From positions 187,443 through 251,442 of the forward strand of contig CAWGED010000012.1 of assembly GCA_963821525.1 (NCBI GenBank): a DNA stretch of 64,000 bases, read 5' to 3'. A program made the position numbers and the translations under genes. Positions 11,040 to 23,334 of this stretch are shown piece by piece. The DNA is from an uncultured Gemmatimonadales bacterium (GTDB taxonomy: Bacteria; Gemmatimonadota; Gemmatimonadetes; Gemmatimonadales; GWC2-71-9). The notes beneath the pieces are model-generated. The model was not told the DNA's origin and did no database searches. It saw only the letters and a program-made list of their open reading frames with translations. How positions within the stretch are numbered: the first letter of the stretch is position 1; each line of letters begins with the position of its first letter.

Positions 11040-11241
11040 GTCGCTGAAGCGACACAATAGCCGAGTGGCGGCTTCAGCCGCCGAATCGGGCTTGATCCGT
11101 CACAAGTCCGCGGGTAAGGCCGGCTCAAGTCGACGGCTAAAGCCGGCTCAAGTCGACGGCTAAAGCCGGCTCAGGTCGGCGGCGAATCCGGCGCAATTCG
11201 GCGGCTAAAGCCCGCCACTCGGCGCCTGTCGCTGAAGCGAC
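11040..11241. repeat. REP/BIME-like palindromic cluster with 23-nt tandem units
   Basis: GTCGCTGAAGCGAC at both ends, inverted arms at 11060-11086 and 11196-11223, tandem GCCGGCTCAAGTCGACGGCTAAA units inside. Confidence 0.8.
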
Positions 11242-11329
11242 GTGAAAACCGGGGGGGGGGCGCGTGCCATCTCGCGGTCGACGGCACCGTCCGTCCAGTC
11301 CGCCCCGTCCGTCTTATCTTCCCTCCACC

Positions 11330-13089
11330 ATGCGGTCCCTTCCGCTCTCACTGTACCTCACAGCTCTCTGCCTCTGCCCGGCGCGAATCGCGTCGCCTCA
11401 GGCAACACCCACCGTCGACAGCGCGGTCTCCATCACGATGCGCGACGGGGTGGTGCTCCGGGCTGACGTCCTGCGGCCGAGTGGGCCCGGAAGGTTTCCG
11501 GTCCTGGTGTACCGAACACCGTATGATCGGGCGGATGCGGCTGATGCCACCGGGCTGGCGAAGAAGGCGGTCCAGCGCGGCTACGCGGTCGTAGTTCAGG
11601 ATGTGCGGGGCCGCTATGGCTCCGATGGGACCTTCACCGCCTACAGCCAGGAAGGCAAAGACGGATACGATACGATCGAGTGGGCAGCGCAACAGCCGTG
11701 GTCGAACGGCGCCGTCGGCAGCTTCGGGCTTTCCTATCCGGGAGCGGTCCAATGGCTCGCCGCGGTGGAGCGCCCGCCGTCGCTCAAGGCGATGGTGCCG
11801 GCGATGACCTACGCTACACCCGAGACCTTCTGGTACTCGGGCGGCGTGTGGGATGGGTCGTGGCTCGACTGGACCTGGTTCAACATCGCGCCGGACCTGC
11901 GACGTCGCCTCGGCGTTCCTGGAGCACAGACCTCAGAGCAGGCCGCGACTCAATGGGAGACCGACCGCGACCGGCTCCGCAACTACCGGCCACTGTCCAC
12001 TCTGCCAGACTTCGAAGGTGTTGCCCCGTGGTACTACGAATGGATGCGCCATCCGCCGCGCGACTCGTGGTGGAAGTGGGCAACCCTCGAAGGCAAGTAC
12101 TCCGCCGTCAGCGCCGCAGTGCTCAACATCTCCGGGTGGTTCGATGAACCGTATGGGCCCTTCGGGGCGGTGACCAACTATCAAGGATTGGTGACTTCGC
12201 GAGATGCCAGTGATCCGCGTACCAAACTCATTCTTGGAGCCTGGACCCACGGCGTCGCCGCGGTCCAGCGAGAGAAGGCGGGAGACCGGCTGTTCGGCTC
12301 GGATGCGGCGATCGACTACGATGAGACCGTCCTTCGGTGGATGGATCGCTACCTGAAGAACGCGGAGAATGGCCTCGACAGCGATCCTTCTGTTAGAGTG
12401 TTCGTGATGGGTAGCGAACACCTGGCGGACCAGTCAGGTCTGGCCCTTCGAAGGAACCAGGACCGACACGCTGTTCCTCGCCGGGAGCGTGGATTCCAAA
12501 TCGAATGGCCGCCTCGAGCATGGCGAGTCACGGTCGTCCGGAAGCAGTACCGTCCGGTCCGATCCTGCCAACCCCCTGGCCGATCCCTACGAGGGACGGG
12601 CCGGCGTGCACGACTACGCTGCCCTGACGGGTCGCCCCGACATCGCCGTCTTCGAGACGACGCCTTTCAAGTCTGCGGTCGACGTGATCGGGCCCGTGGT
12701 TGCGGAGCTATCGGTCGGGAGCAAACTGCCGGACTTCGATGTCTGGGTCCAAGTGTATGATGTCGCCCCAGAGGGGCAGAGCCTGGAACCTGACCACGGC
12801 CGGGAGCGGGCTCCAACGAGCCAGCTATCGCGACGGGGGACCGGACCGTAAGCCGTTGCAGCCGGGGCAGATCGTGAGTCTCAGGCTGGATCGCCTTTTT
12901 ACTGCGAATCGGTTTCTCCCCGGCCACCGCCTTCGCATCGTAGTCTCCACCGCATTCACTCCATGGTTCTCGGTGAATCCGCAAACTGGAGAGCTCGAGC
13001 TCTTCTCCAGCGGCGCGCGCGCGGGAGACGTAGTGATTCATCACTCGAAAGAGCACCCATCCCGCCTGCTACTTCCCGTAGTGCCCTGA
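11330..13089 (+). CDS. CocE/NonD family hydrolase (peptidase S15), secreted (frameshifts near 12420 and 12775)
   Basis: MRDGVVLRAD, RTPY, QDVRGRYGSDG, DGYDTIEW..QPWSNG.VG..GLSY, GAWTH, F.PGHRLR..V, PSRLLLP. Confidence 0.9.
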
Positions 13090-13138
13090 TCAGGTTCTCT
13101 TTCAGCCGTCAAGCTGAGTACGTGCATACAGGTGCCCG

Positions 13139-16100
13139 ATGTCCCTCTCTGCCTTTCATCCCGCCGTTGCCCGCTGGTTCCAGGAACGCCTCGGTGAGCC
13201 AACTCCTGTCCAAACAAAAGGATGGGAGGCCATTCGCCGGGGAGAGGACACTCTCATCACGGCCCCGACGGGGTCAGGCAAGACGCTCGCCGCCTTTCTG
13301 ATAGAGCTGGACGAGCTGCTGCGAGAATCGCTGAGCGGTGCCCTGCCGGACGAGACCCGGGTGGTCTACGTCTCTCCTTTGAAGGCGCTCTCCGCCGACA
13401 TCCACAAGAACCTCGCCGAGCCTCGGCGCGAGATCCGCCGATTGGCGGAGGAGATGGGACACGGCGAGGTCAGGATCACCGCCGCGGTTCGCAGCGGCGA
13501 CACTCCTGCCTCGGAGCGGGCCTCGATGCTCCGGACCCCGCCCCACATTCTCGTAACCACACCAGAGTCGCTCTACCTGCTTCTCACGGCGGAACGAAGC
13601 CGCAAGATGCTGAGCACGGTGCGGACGGTGATCGTTGACGAAATCCACGCCGTGGTCGACTCGAGGAGAGGTGCCCATCTCGCGCTGAGCCTGGAGCGCC
13701 TGGAGCACGTCGCGGGGCGTAAGCTGCAACGGATCGGCCTGTCAGCCACGGTAAACCCCGTGGAGCTGGTAGCCGACTGGCTGGTCGGCTCGAATCGCCG
13801 AGCGACGATCATAAACGAGGGCCACCGCCGAGCCTTGGACCTCGCGCTCGAGCTGCCGGGTTCTCCCCTCGAAGCCGTCATGGCTGGGGAGGTATGGCTC
13901 GAGATCTACAACCGGCTCACCGACCTCATCAACCAGCATCAGACAACCATCGTCTTCGTCAACACACGAAAGCAGGCGGAGCGGGTAGCTCGCCACCTGG
14001 CCGAGCGGGTAGGAGAAGAGCTGGTGACTGCGCATCACGGCAGTCTGTCGAAGGAAATCCGGCTCGCCGCGGAAGAGAAGCTCAAGACCGGTAAGCTCAA
14101 GGCACTGGTCGCCACTGCCTCATTGGAGCTGGGAATCGACATCGGGCACGTGGATCTGGTGTGCCAATTCGGCTCGCCGCATCGGATTGCTGCCTTCCTG
14201 CAGCGGGTCGGTAGGAGCGGACATACGGTGGCCGGCACGCCTAAGGGACGGCTTTTCCCACTGAGTCGCGACGATCTGGTTGAGTGTGCCGCCCTCCTGC
14301 GCTGGGCCCGCGCGGGAGTCCTGGATCGGCTCTGGGTCGTCGAGCACCCCGCGGATGTTCTCGCCCAACAGATCGTGGCGGAATCTGCGGCGGAAGACTG
14401 GGCCACCGATGATCTCTTCGACTTGGTGCGTCGAGCCTATCCCTACCGTGAGCTCAGTCGCCAGCAGTTCGACCAGATCGTCCAGATGGTCGCTCAGGGA
14501 TTCACCACCCGGCGCGGTCGTCGCGGAGCGCTGGTTCACCATGACGGAGTGAATCAGAGACTTCGCGGCCGGCGCGGTGCCCGGATGCTGGCCCTGACTT
14601 CCGGCGGTGCCATTCCGGAAACGGCGGACTATCGGGTCTTGCTGGAGCCCGAGGGAACCTTCATCGGCACCGTGAACGAGGACTTCGCCGTCGAGAGCAT
14701 GGCGGGAGACGTCTTCCAGCTCGGGAATGCCTCGTGGCGCATGCTCCGAATCCAGGCTGGGACAGTTCGAGTGGAGGACGCACATGGCGAACCGCCCGGA
14801 ATTCCCTTCTGGCTTGGTGAAGCACCGGCGAGGAGCGATGAGCTCTCTGTTGCGGTTGCCGAGTTGCGGCGCGAAGTCGGAGAAGCGCTTGGGAGATCGG
14901 GACGCTGCCGAGAAGTGGTTGGTGCAGGAGCTGTCGAGCAGGACGGACAAGTCGAGCGGGACGGACGGAGCACTGGAAACGCCGACTGGTCCGACCCGAC
15001 CGCCTCTGTCCGACCCGACAACCTCCGCCGCATTCCAAATCATCCACTATCTCGCCGACGCCCATCGGATCCTCGGCGTCCTGCCAACTCAGGATACCGT
15101 GATCGCCGAGCGGTTCTTCGACCAGGCCGGTGGAATGCAGCTCGTGATCCATGCGCCATTCGGCAGCCGGATCAACAAAGCGTGGGGTCTGTCACTTCGC
15201 AAGCGATTCTGCCGCAGCTTCAATTTTGAGTTGCAGGCCGCTGCCACCGAGGACGGCATCGTGCTCTCGCTGGGGCCGCAGCATTCATTCCCGCTCGAGA
15301 ACGTCTTCGATTTCCTCCACCCGTCGTCGGTGCGCGAAGTGCTGGTCCAGGCCCTGCTGGATGCGCCTCTATTCGGCACGCGGTGGCGCTGGAATGGCAA
15401 CATCTCCCTGGCGATCCCGCGCTATCGCGGCGGGAAGAAGGTTCCGCCCCAAATCCAGCGCATGGAGGCGGATGACCTGCTCGCCGCGGTGTTCCCCGAC
15501 GCGGCGGCCTGCCTCGAGAATATCGCCGGCGATCGGGAAGTCCCCGATCACCCCCTCGCCTCACAGACCATCACCGATTGCCTTACTGAGGCGATGGATC
15601 TCGATGGTCTGATCAAGGTTCTCGAACGCCTTCGTGCCGGCGAGATCAACTGCGTTGCCCGAGACCTGCCGGAGCCTTCGCCTCTCAGCGCCGAGATCCT
15701 GAACGCTCGACCGTACGCCTTCCTCGACGATGCCCCGCTGGAAGAGAGGAGAACCCAGGCGGTCTATACCCGTCGCGCCTTCGAGCCGTCCTCGGCAGAC
15801 GATCTCGGTGCTCTCGATCCTCAGGCGATCGAGAGAGTCCGGGAACAGGCATGGCCCGAGGCGGAGAACGCCGATGAGTTGCATGACGGGTTGCTCACTT
15901 CGGGGTTCATTCTGGAAAAAGAGGCGACGGACAGGGCGGGCGAGACGGACAGGGCGGACGCGGCGGAGGAGCGAGCCCCTGACTGGAACGAGCTGTTCGA
16001 TGAACTGGTCCGCGCGGGCCGGGCACAGCGAATCAGTATCGACTCCGCGCCTTCGGCGCTCTGGGTCGCAACCGAACGTCTAGCGCGAGATTCTAGGCCA

Positions 16101-17592
16101 TCCACCCGTCGTCTCCGTCCCGTCCGCCCCGTCCGACCTGACCGTCCCGACCCGCGAAGAAGCCGATTCGCGAACTACTCCGCGGCCGCCTGGAGATCGT
16201 CGGACCCACCACCGCAGCCGAGCTGGCGAGCACGCTCGGTGTGGGCGAAGGAGATGCGGACCTCGCACTCGCCGCGCTGGAACGAGAGGGAGTCGTACTC
16301 CGCGGGCGGTTCACTCCGGGAGCCACGACTCTCGAGTGGTGCGACCGACGGCTGCTTGCGCGGATTCACCGCTATACCCTGGATCGCCTCCGGGCCGAGA
16401 TCGAACCGGTCAGCGCCGCCGATTTTATGCGCTTCCTGTTCCGGTGGCAGCGGATAGATCCGGAATATCGAGTCTCAGGCCTCGAGGGCCTGGCGAGCGT
16501 CCTGGAGCAGCTCGACGGCTTCGAGGTTCCGGCGAAGGCCTGGGAGCCCGACGTTCTGGCGGCGCGCATGCACACGAATACGATCCTGCGTTGCTCGACA
16601 TGCTTTGCCTCACCGGCCGTATCGCCTGGGCTCGGCTTTCGGCTGGAGGCAATCCTGCGGCACGTCCTGCGAGCCGTCCCATTCGGTCAACGCCGGTGGC
16701 GACTCCCGCTTCGTCAGCACCTAGGCTCCTGGCTGGCGATCGCGCCAACGGCCGAAGCGCCGGCGCTTTCGTCCTACGCTCAGGATGTGCTCGCAGTGCT
16801 GAGTCGCCGCGGGGCATCGTTCTTCACCGACCTGACTGCGGGCTCCGGCCTTCTCGCCACCCAGGTCGAACAGGCTTTGGCCGAGCTGGCCGCAGCAGGA
16901 CTGGTCACCTCTGACAGCTTCACGGGACTTCGTGCCCTGCTTACTCCATCCGACCGTCGCAAGCCGCTGGTGACCCGTGCCGCCTCGACCGACGTGCGAC
17001 GCCATAGAACGGTCAACTTCGGGATCGAGGGAGCAGGCCGCTGGAGCCTCCTTCACCCTGAATCCACCGGCCGAGCCGCCGAGCCGAGCCGCGCGAGCCG
17101 CCGAGATTGAGCTCCTCGCCCTCACCCTCCTCGCTCGCTACGGCGTGGTCTTCCGGAGACTCCTCGCCCGGGAAAGCCTCACCGTGCCGTGGCGCGTGTT
17201 GCTTCAGGTCTATCGCAGGCTCGAGGCGCGGGGGGAAATTCGCGGGGGGCCGGTTCGTGGCCGGCATGCAGGGAGAGCAATTCGCGAGGCCGGAGGCGGT
17301 GACCCAGCTACGCGCGGTCCGCCGGGCCACAAAGGACGTTGAGCTGGTCGTGCTGTCGGCAGCGGACCCGCTGAATCTCACCGGCCTCGTCACACCCGGT
17401 GAACGGATCTCCGCGCTGGCGAGCAACCGTATCGCCTGGCGGAACGGAGTTCCGGTCGCGGCCCTCGAAGGCAACGAGGTTCGCTGGCTGCGCGACGACG
17501 TAAACCCGGAGGACCGGCTCGAGATCGAGCGAGCCCTGGCCCGCAAGCGGATCAGCCCCGCGTTAAGGGGCTATCTCGGCATGACAGGGTGA
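13139..17592 (+). CDS. lhr: Lhr-family DEAD/DEAH helicase with C-terminal extension (several frameshifts)
   Basis: [91 protein letters not shown] across ORFs 13139, 14727, 16241, 16977 and 17107. Confidence 0.9.
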
Positions 17593-17600
17593 ATCGTTTC

Positions 17601-20028
17601 CTACTCGTAGCGCAGGGCAACCATCGGGTCCACCCGCATCGCCCGTCGCGCCGGAATGAGCGTCGCGAGCAGGCTGGTCAGTGCCAGCGCCACCGTCACA
17701 CCGACATACATCACCGGGTTCTTGGTGTTCACCTGGAACATCACCAGAACCAGTCCTTTGGCGAGGAAGAACGCCAGCACCAGGCCGCAGGTCAGTCCGA
17801 TCAGGATCTGCAGTCCCCCCTGACGAAGGAACATCCGCAGCACGTCGCGCGCGCTGGCGCCGAGCGCCATGCGAACTCCGATCTCCCTGGTGCGCCGGGA
17901 TACCGAGAAACTGACAACACCGTACACCCCGACGGTCGCCAGCAACAGCGCGGCACCGCCGAACACCATGAAGAGCGTACCGAAGACCCCGTAGAACCAC
18001 CCGTTCTCCCGGATGGCTTCCTGGAGCGTGCGGACGAAATAGATCGGCTGGTCGGGATCGATGCTGCTCACCACTCCCTGCACCGGATTCGCGAGGCTGG
18101 CTCGGATCTCCCGGCGCGACGACGGCGAGGCTGACGAAGCGGTAGTCGCTTTGGCCGAGCGGGGTGAAGACCACGGCGCCAAGCTGGTGATCGTCGTCGG
18201 TGCCGTCATACCAGACATCGGGGACCACGCCGACGATGGTGAGCCAGGGCTCCTTCGAGTCTGCCTGACCGATCCGGATCCGGCGCCCGAGAGCAGACTC
18301 GTCTCCCAGGTGTTTGTGCACGAATCCCCGGGAGACCACGGCAACCGGCAGGGTGCCACCGATATCGCCCGGGGTGAGCAGGCGCCCTTCGATCGGCTTC
18401 ACCTTGAAGGTCTCGAACCATCCCGGCGTGACCGCGACCTTCCGCGTGCTCGGATAGTCACGCTCGCTGGCGTAGGTCTTCCCTTCCAGCGCGAAGTTCT
18501 CGTTCCATCCCTCGAGTCCCGGCAACACGGTCATCAGCGCGACACCTCGCTGACCTGGAATCCCCTGGAGCTTTTCCTCGAGAGTGGTCCAGAATCGAGC
18601 CCGGCTCGCCGAGTCGGGGTAGGTGGCGTCGAAGAGCCCGACCCTGGCCGTAAAGACATTGCTGGTCGGGACTCCGTATTCGAACGTGGCCAGCTGCACC
18701 ACGCTCTGAATCATGAATCCGGCGCCTACGAGCAATCCGCCGGAGAGCGCCAGCTCGGCAATGACCAGACCGCGGCTGAACTTACCGATCCGAAGCGAGG
18801 AAGATCCTCGGCTCTCATCCTTGAGCACCTCGTTGAGGTTGGTGCGAGTCGCCTGCAATGCCGGGATGACTCCGCTCACCAGAGCCGCGATCAGGGTGAC
18901 ACCGGCGGTAAAGGCAAACACGACGCCGTCCAGCTTGATGTCTACCCAGAAGGGCGCCCCGCTCCCCTGCATCGAATCCACGAACCATCGTACGCCGAAT
19001 GCAGCGATCACAATGCCAAGCAGCGAACCGATCGTCGCGAGCAGGAGGGATTCGGTGAGCAGCTGGGCCACGATCCGGCGCCGGCTCGCGCCGAGAGCGG
19101 TGCGGACGGCGATCTCCTTGGTCCGCGTTGCGGCGCGCGCCAGCAGGAGGTTGGCCACGTTGGAACAGGCGATCAGCAGCACCCCGAAGACCGCCGCCAT
19201 CATGGTCCAGAGCATGATGATCGGCTCTTCGCCGATGTACTCCTCGGTGAAGGGCTTGACGATCGGCGTGACTCCTTCGTTTTCCTTGGGATGATCCTGG
19301 GCGATGCGGGCGCAGATGGTCTCGAACTCGCGCTTCGCCTGAGCCATCGTCACTCCGGGCTTGAGCCGGCCCATGACCTCGAGCTCATCGCCCTCGCCCC
19401 AGGGAAGCGCCGTAGGATCCATGGTCCTCGGCAGCCACAATTGCGACAGTGTGGGGAAGAGGAACTTGCGAGGCATGACACCCACGACTTCGTGGACCAG
19501 GCCGTTGGCCCGAATCGTCTTGCCGATGATGGCGGTGTCGCCACCGAAGCGGTTCTGCCAGATGTCCCAACCGATGATGGCGACCGGTGGAGCCCCTGGC
19601 CGGTTGTCGTCTTCGGTAAACAGCCGTCCCCGAAGTGGCTGAACCCGGAGCAACTTGAAAGCGGACGCCGTAATGAACCCGCCCTGGAAACGCTCCGGTC
19701 CCCCTTGCAGCCCGCTTACGTTGATCGTTCCCTCGGTCCAGGCGGCGAGGTCCTCGAAGCTCTTCTGCTGCTCCCGCCAGGCAGTGAAATCGCTGACCGG
19801 AACGCCGTAGCTGTCGACGCCGCGACTCGGGCGCGCTCGCTCGAGATGAAGGATCTGGCTGGCATGCTCGAAGGGCAGCCCCCGGAGGATGCCGCCCCAC
19901 ATGATGCTCCACATCGTGGTAGTGAAGCCCAGGCCCATGGCGAGAGCGAGGATCGAGATGATGGCGAGGCCGGGATGCTTGGTCAGCATCCGGAAGCCAT
20001 GCTTCAGGTCGGAGAAGAAGGAGCCCAT
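17601..20028 (-). CDS. Duplicated MacB/FtsX ABC permease (ADOP-like), frameshift near 18100
   Basis: LIACSNVANLLLARA..R.KEIAVR.ALGASR; second half GVYGV....V.RRTREIGVRMALGA, PARRAMRVDPMVALRYE. Confidence 0.92.
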
Positions 20029-20108
20029 CTTGTCACTCCGGAGCTTTTCGGGGATCAGACCCGGCCTACGGCGCCTCCGGGGACAAGGTTTCAGACTAGG
20101 AACCACTG

Positions 20109-20724
20109 ATGGATTCGACCCCGTTTCGCTTGTTCCTCTTGTCCCCCGCCCACTGCGGCGGGAAGCGCGCCCAGCTGCTGGTCAATGGCAGAGGGCGCTT
20201 TCCCGTTGGCGGCCCGTCTGCGGGCCGGTGAATCAGTCACCCTTGGTGAGACGTTCGCCTTCCTGAGCGGCCTCTACTTCAGAGGCAAGCTGACCTACGC
20301 TCGGCACTTCGGCCGGGCACCGTCGGGACACGCCGCCGTCCTGGTCATCACCGCCAACAACGGGCTGGTGCCCGCAGAATCGAGCGTCACCATTCGCCAG
20401 CTCAAGGGATTCGGAACCGTGGACATCGATTCAGACAACCCACACTACCGAGAGCCGCTGCAGCGCGACATTGCCAGGCTGCGCGAACTGGACGGAGTGG
20501 AGATCGTCCTGCTCGGCAGCATCGCGACCGGCAAGTACGTGGACGTGCTGCTGGAGTCGTTGGGCGACCGGCTGTTATTCCCCGGGGATTTCGTGGGACG
20601 GGGGGACATGAGCCGCGGGGCCTTGCTCCTTCAGGCGGCCAGGAAGGGCACCGAGCTCAAGTATGAACCGGTACTCGGCGCAATTCGGACTGGCAGACGG
20701 GCACCGCGCATCGCATCAGGATGA
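20109..20724 (+). CDS. Conserved hypothetical protein, possibly YaaA/DUF6884-like (frameshift near 20195)
   Basis: ATG 20109 gives LFLLSPAHCGGKRA; ORF 20185..20724 continues FLSGLYFRGKL, VITANNGL, VLLGS..TGKY, GRGDMSRG; family call is by pattern resemblance only. Confidence 0.6.
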
Positions 20725-20871
20725 GCCCCGTGGCTGCCACACGAGTCGGGAAGATTCCGGCTCGAGCGGCTCAAATGAGCTGCCGCAATTCGACCTGCAA
20801 TTGGTTGGTAGCAGAACGCCGGCCCAGGTCTGGTTGACCGAGCCGGCGTTCGTCTTGCGGTAAAGCCGATC

Positions 20872-21153
20872 CTAGGTCAAGGCGCGGCGCAGCAGCCGGC
20901 CGCGACGCTTCCCCTCCCGCACCACGATGTTCTTGGTGGCAATCAGTTTCTTCGTGGTCATGATTGCCCTTTCCACCCGGCGCGAGTGCGCCACCGCATC
21001 CCGCAACCGCCGTAAGTCCTTCTCCAGCCTGTAGCGTTTGATCTGTCTCGCGATGTCCTTCTTATCCCTCTCGAAGTCTTTGAGCTGCGCCTTGGCCAAT
21101 TTGGTAATTCGGGCCCAGCGCGTCTCGAATGACTTGATGCTGCGCAGTTGCAT
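20872..21153 (-). CDS. Small basic coiled-coil hypothetical protein
   Basis: AGGAGAGG RBS upstream of the ATG; Lys/Arg-rich helical 93 aa ORF filling an intergenic gap. Confidence 0.55.
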   Translation of the reverse strand: MQLRSIKSFETRWARITKLAKAQLKDFERDKKDIARQIKRYRLEKDLRRLRDAVAHSRRVERAIMTTKKLIATKNIVVREGKRRGRLLRRALT

Positions 21154-21276
21154 GACAGTACCCTCTCCTGAGAAAGATTCCGAGTCCAGAGACTCTGCCA
21201 GCGCCTACCAGCCCGGTGAGACCACCATCTCTCTCCGGGGTTCTCGAAATGTAGCCCGCTTGAATCTGGACGTGGG

Positions 21277-22272
21277 TTAAAGCGCTAACGGCTTCGGAGT
21301 GCGGGCGAGTGAGCGTTCGCCGGATACGAGGGCGCGGAAGCGTCTCAGGAATGAGGAAGCGCGGGAGCCGCCGGGAATCAAGTTGGATCTGCAGCGGACC
21401 ATCGCCGAATAGAGGGCATCGGCGCTCTTCCACCGGCCCTTCGGGTCACGGACCAGGCAACGGTCAACGATCGAAGCGAGATCCGCGGGAACATCGGGAG
21501 CCAGTTCGCGGAGTGGAGCGGCGTTGCGAGCAGTCCGTTGAGCCGCGAGCGAGATCGCCGACTGACCGGTGAAAGGCAGCCGGCCGGCCAGCATGCGATA
21601 GGCAACGAGCCCCAGGGAGTAGATATCGGTTCGGAAGTCTGCTTCCCAGGATCCCAGCGCCTGTTCCGGAGACATGAAGGCCGGGGTGCCGAACCCCTTC
21701 CCTACTTCGGACCGGGAGTGGTCCGAGGTCCGCAGCGTCGCGATACCGAAATCGGTAAGGAAGGGCCAATCGTCCTCGTCCTGCATCAGGATGTTGTCGG
21801 GCTTCACGTCCCGATGGACCACGCCATGACGGTGAGCATGGGCCAACGCATCGGCAACCGGAATAAGAATTGAAAGCGTCCGGGTCGGGCTCAGCCGGCC
21901 GTCATCGCCCAGCCGATCGGCCAGGGAGCGGCCGGGGATGTAGCGCATGATTGCGAGCGCGAGCCGGTTGTGATGAACGAACTGGTAGCAGGGAACGATG
22001 TGGGGATGCTCGAGCTCGGCGGAGATCAACGCCTCTCGCCGAAAGCGCTCGCGATTCTCTACTGAAGCGCCCTGAGCCGGATCCAGCAGTTTGAGGGCGA
22101 CCCGGCGGCCTTCCTGCCGGTCCAGGCCGAGGAGGACAACGCTCATGCCACCGCGGCCCAGGGGACGGATGACATCGTACCGATCGCCGGTAAGGAGGGA
22201 AACGCCCCGACGACAGGCTTCGAGCTCCAGGGGCTCCATCCCCAGATTGAGTACGGGTGCGGCGACTTCCAT
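21277..22272 (-). CDS. Hanks-type Ser/Thr protein kinase, no sensor domain
   Basis: LGRGGMS, VALK, HRDVKPDN, TDFG, GTPAFMSPEQ, DIYSLG. Confidence 0.93.
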   Translation of the reverse strand: MEVAAPVLNLGMEPLELEACRRGVSLLTGDRYDVIRPLGRGGMSVVLLGLDRQEGRRVALKLLDPAQGASVENRERFRREALISAELEHPHIVPCYQFVHHNRLALAIMRYIPGRSLADRLGDDGRLSPTRTLSILIPVADALAHAHRHGVVHRDVKPDNILMQDEDDWPFLTDFGIATLRTSDHSRSEVGKGFGTPAFMSPEQALGSWEADFRTDIYSLGLVAYRMLAGRLPFTGQSAISLAAQRTARNAAPLRELAPDVPADLASIVDRCLVRDPKGRWKSADALYSAMVRCRSNLIPGGSRASSFLRRFRALVSGERSLARTPKPLAL

Positions 22273-22435
22273 TGAACGGTCCAGATGGGGTGACCGTTCG
22301 GGGAATGGCAGGGAGTGTGCCGCACGTTTGCTGTGGATTCCGCCGAGGCAGCAACGACTTAGCCGAGGACCACGAGAACAGCTTGACCGGTTCCGGGAAA
22401 GCGGAATCCCAGAACCGGACGGCGTGACCGCGATG

Positions 22436-23225
22436 TTACTTGGGGGATCCCTCCGGAGTCACGTAAGCCGCTGTAATCCCACCGTCCACCCGGAAATCGG
22501 CTCCCGTCACGAACGAGGACTCATCCGAGGCGAGGAAGACCGCGGCCTGGGCGATCTCCCGGGCCTCTCCGAACCTTCCCATGGGGATGTGGACCAGCCG
22601 CCGCTGACGTTTCTCTTCGGTCGAGAGGAACTTCTCGAGCAGTGCGGTGCGCACCGGACCGGGAGAGAGCGCGTTGGCCCGGATTCCCTCCCGGGCGTGG
22701 ATGATCGCGATTTCCCGGGTCATGGAGAGGACCGCGCCCTTGGACGCGGTGTAGGCAATCTGCGGAGTAGCGGCGCCGAGGGTCGCAACGAAGCTGGCCA
22801 CATTGATGATGGATCCCCCGCCGGCCTCCCGCAGGTACGGAATGCCCGCCCGGCAACAACGCGCCACGCCTTTGACGTTGATGTCCAGGACCAGATCCCA
22901 GATTTCGTCCGGGGTGTTCACGACGCCGTCGTCGTCACCCGGAGAGACGCCGGCGTTGTTGTAGAGAACATTGATCTTGCCGAACGCCTTCTTGGCGCCG
23001 GCGTAGAGAGCTTCTACCTGCGAGGTAGAACGCACGTCTCCCGGGAATGAACACGGCCTTGCCGCCGGCCTTCTGGATTTCACCCACGACCTGCTGGCCG
23101 GCGTCCTCGTTCACGTCGTTCACCACCACCGCGCAGCCTTCCTGTGCAAAGAGCTTCGCAGCCTCTGCGCCGAGGCCGGCACCGGAGCCGGTGATGACTG
23201 CGACTTTGGTTTCGAGTCGGCGCAT
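22436..23225 (-). CDS. Short-chain dehydrogenase/reductase (frameshift near 23035)
   Basis: ITGSGAGLG, NNAG, YTASKG, NALSPG, VDGG. Confidence 0.9.
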
Positions 23226-23334
23226 GTTAGGTGTCAGGGATCAGGTGTCAGGTGTTAGGGCTACTGATTCCTTCTTACTTCTCACTTCTCACCTCTCACG
23301 TCTCACGTCTTACGTCTCACGTCTCACGTCTTAC
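23226..23334. repeat. Heptamer arrays (GGTGTCA then TCTCACG/TCTTACG) overlapping the glnA-like stop codon
   Basis: Directly visible; same family at 3806-3822, 6441-6465, 29075-29102, 42721-42750, 53285-53330. Confidence 0.85.

Noticed and set aside
11096..11210. Possible CRISPR array of 23-nt repeats
   Set aside because: Units are directly adjacent with no unique spacers and there are no cas genes; better read as a REP-like tandem
18061..20109. Long antisense ORFs (also 3749..4894, 5014..6111, 57853..58875, 60063..60959)
   Set aside because: Shadow frames opposite well-supported genes in GC-rich DNA, with no recognisable motifs
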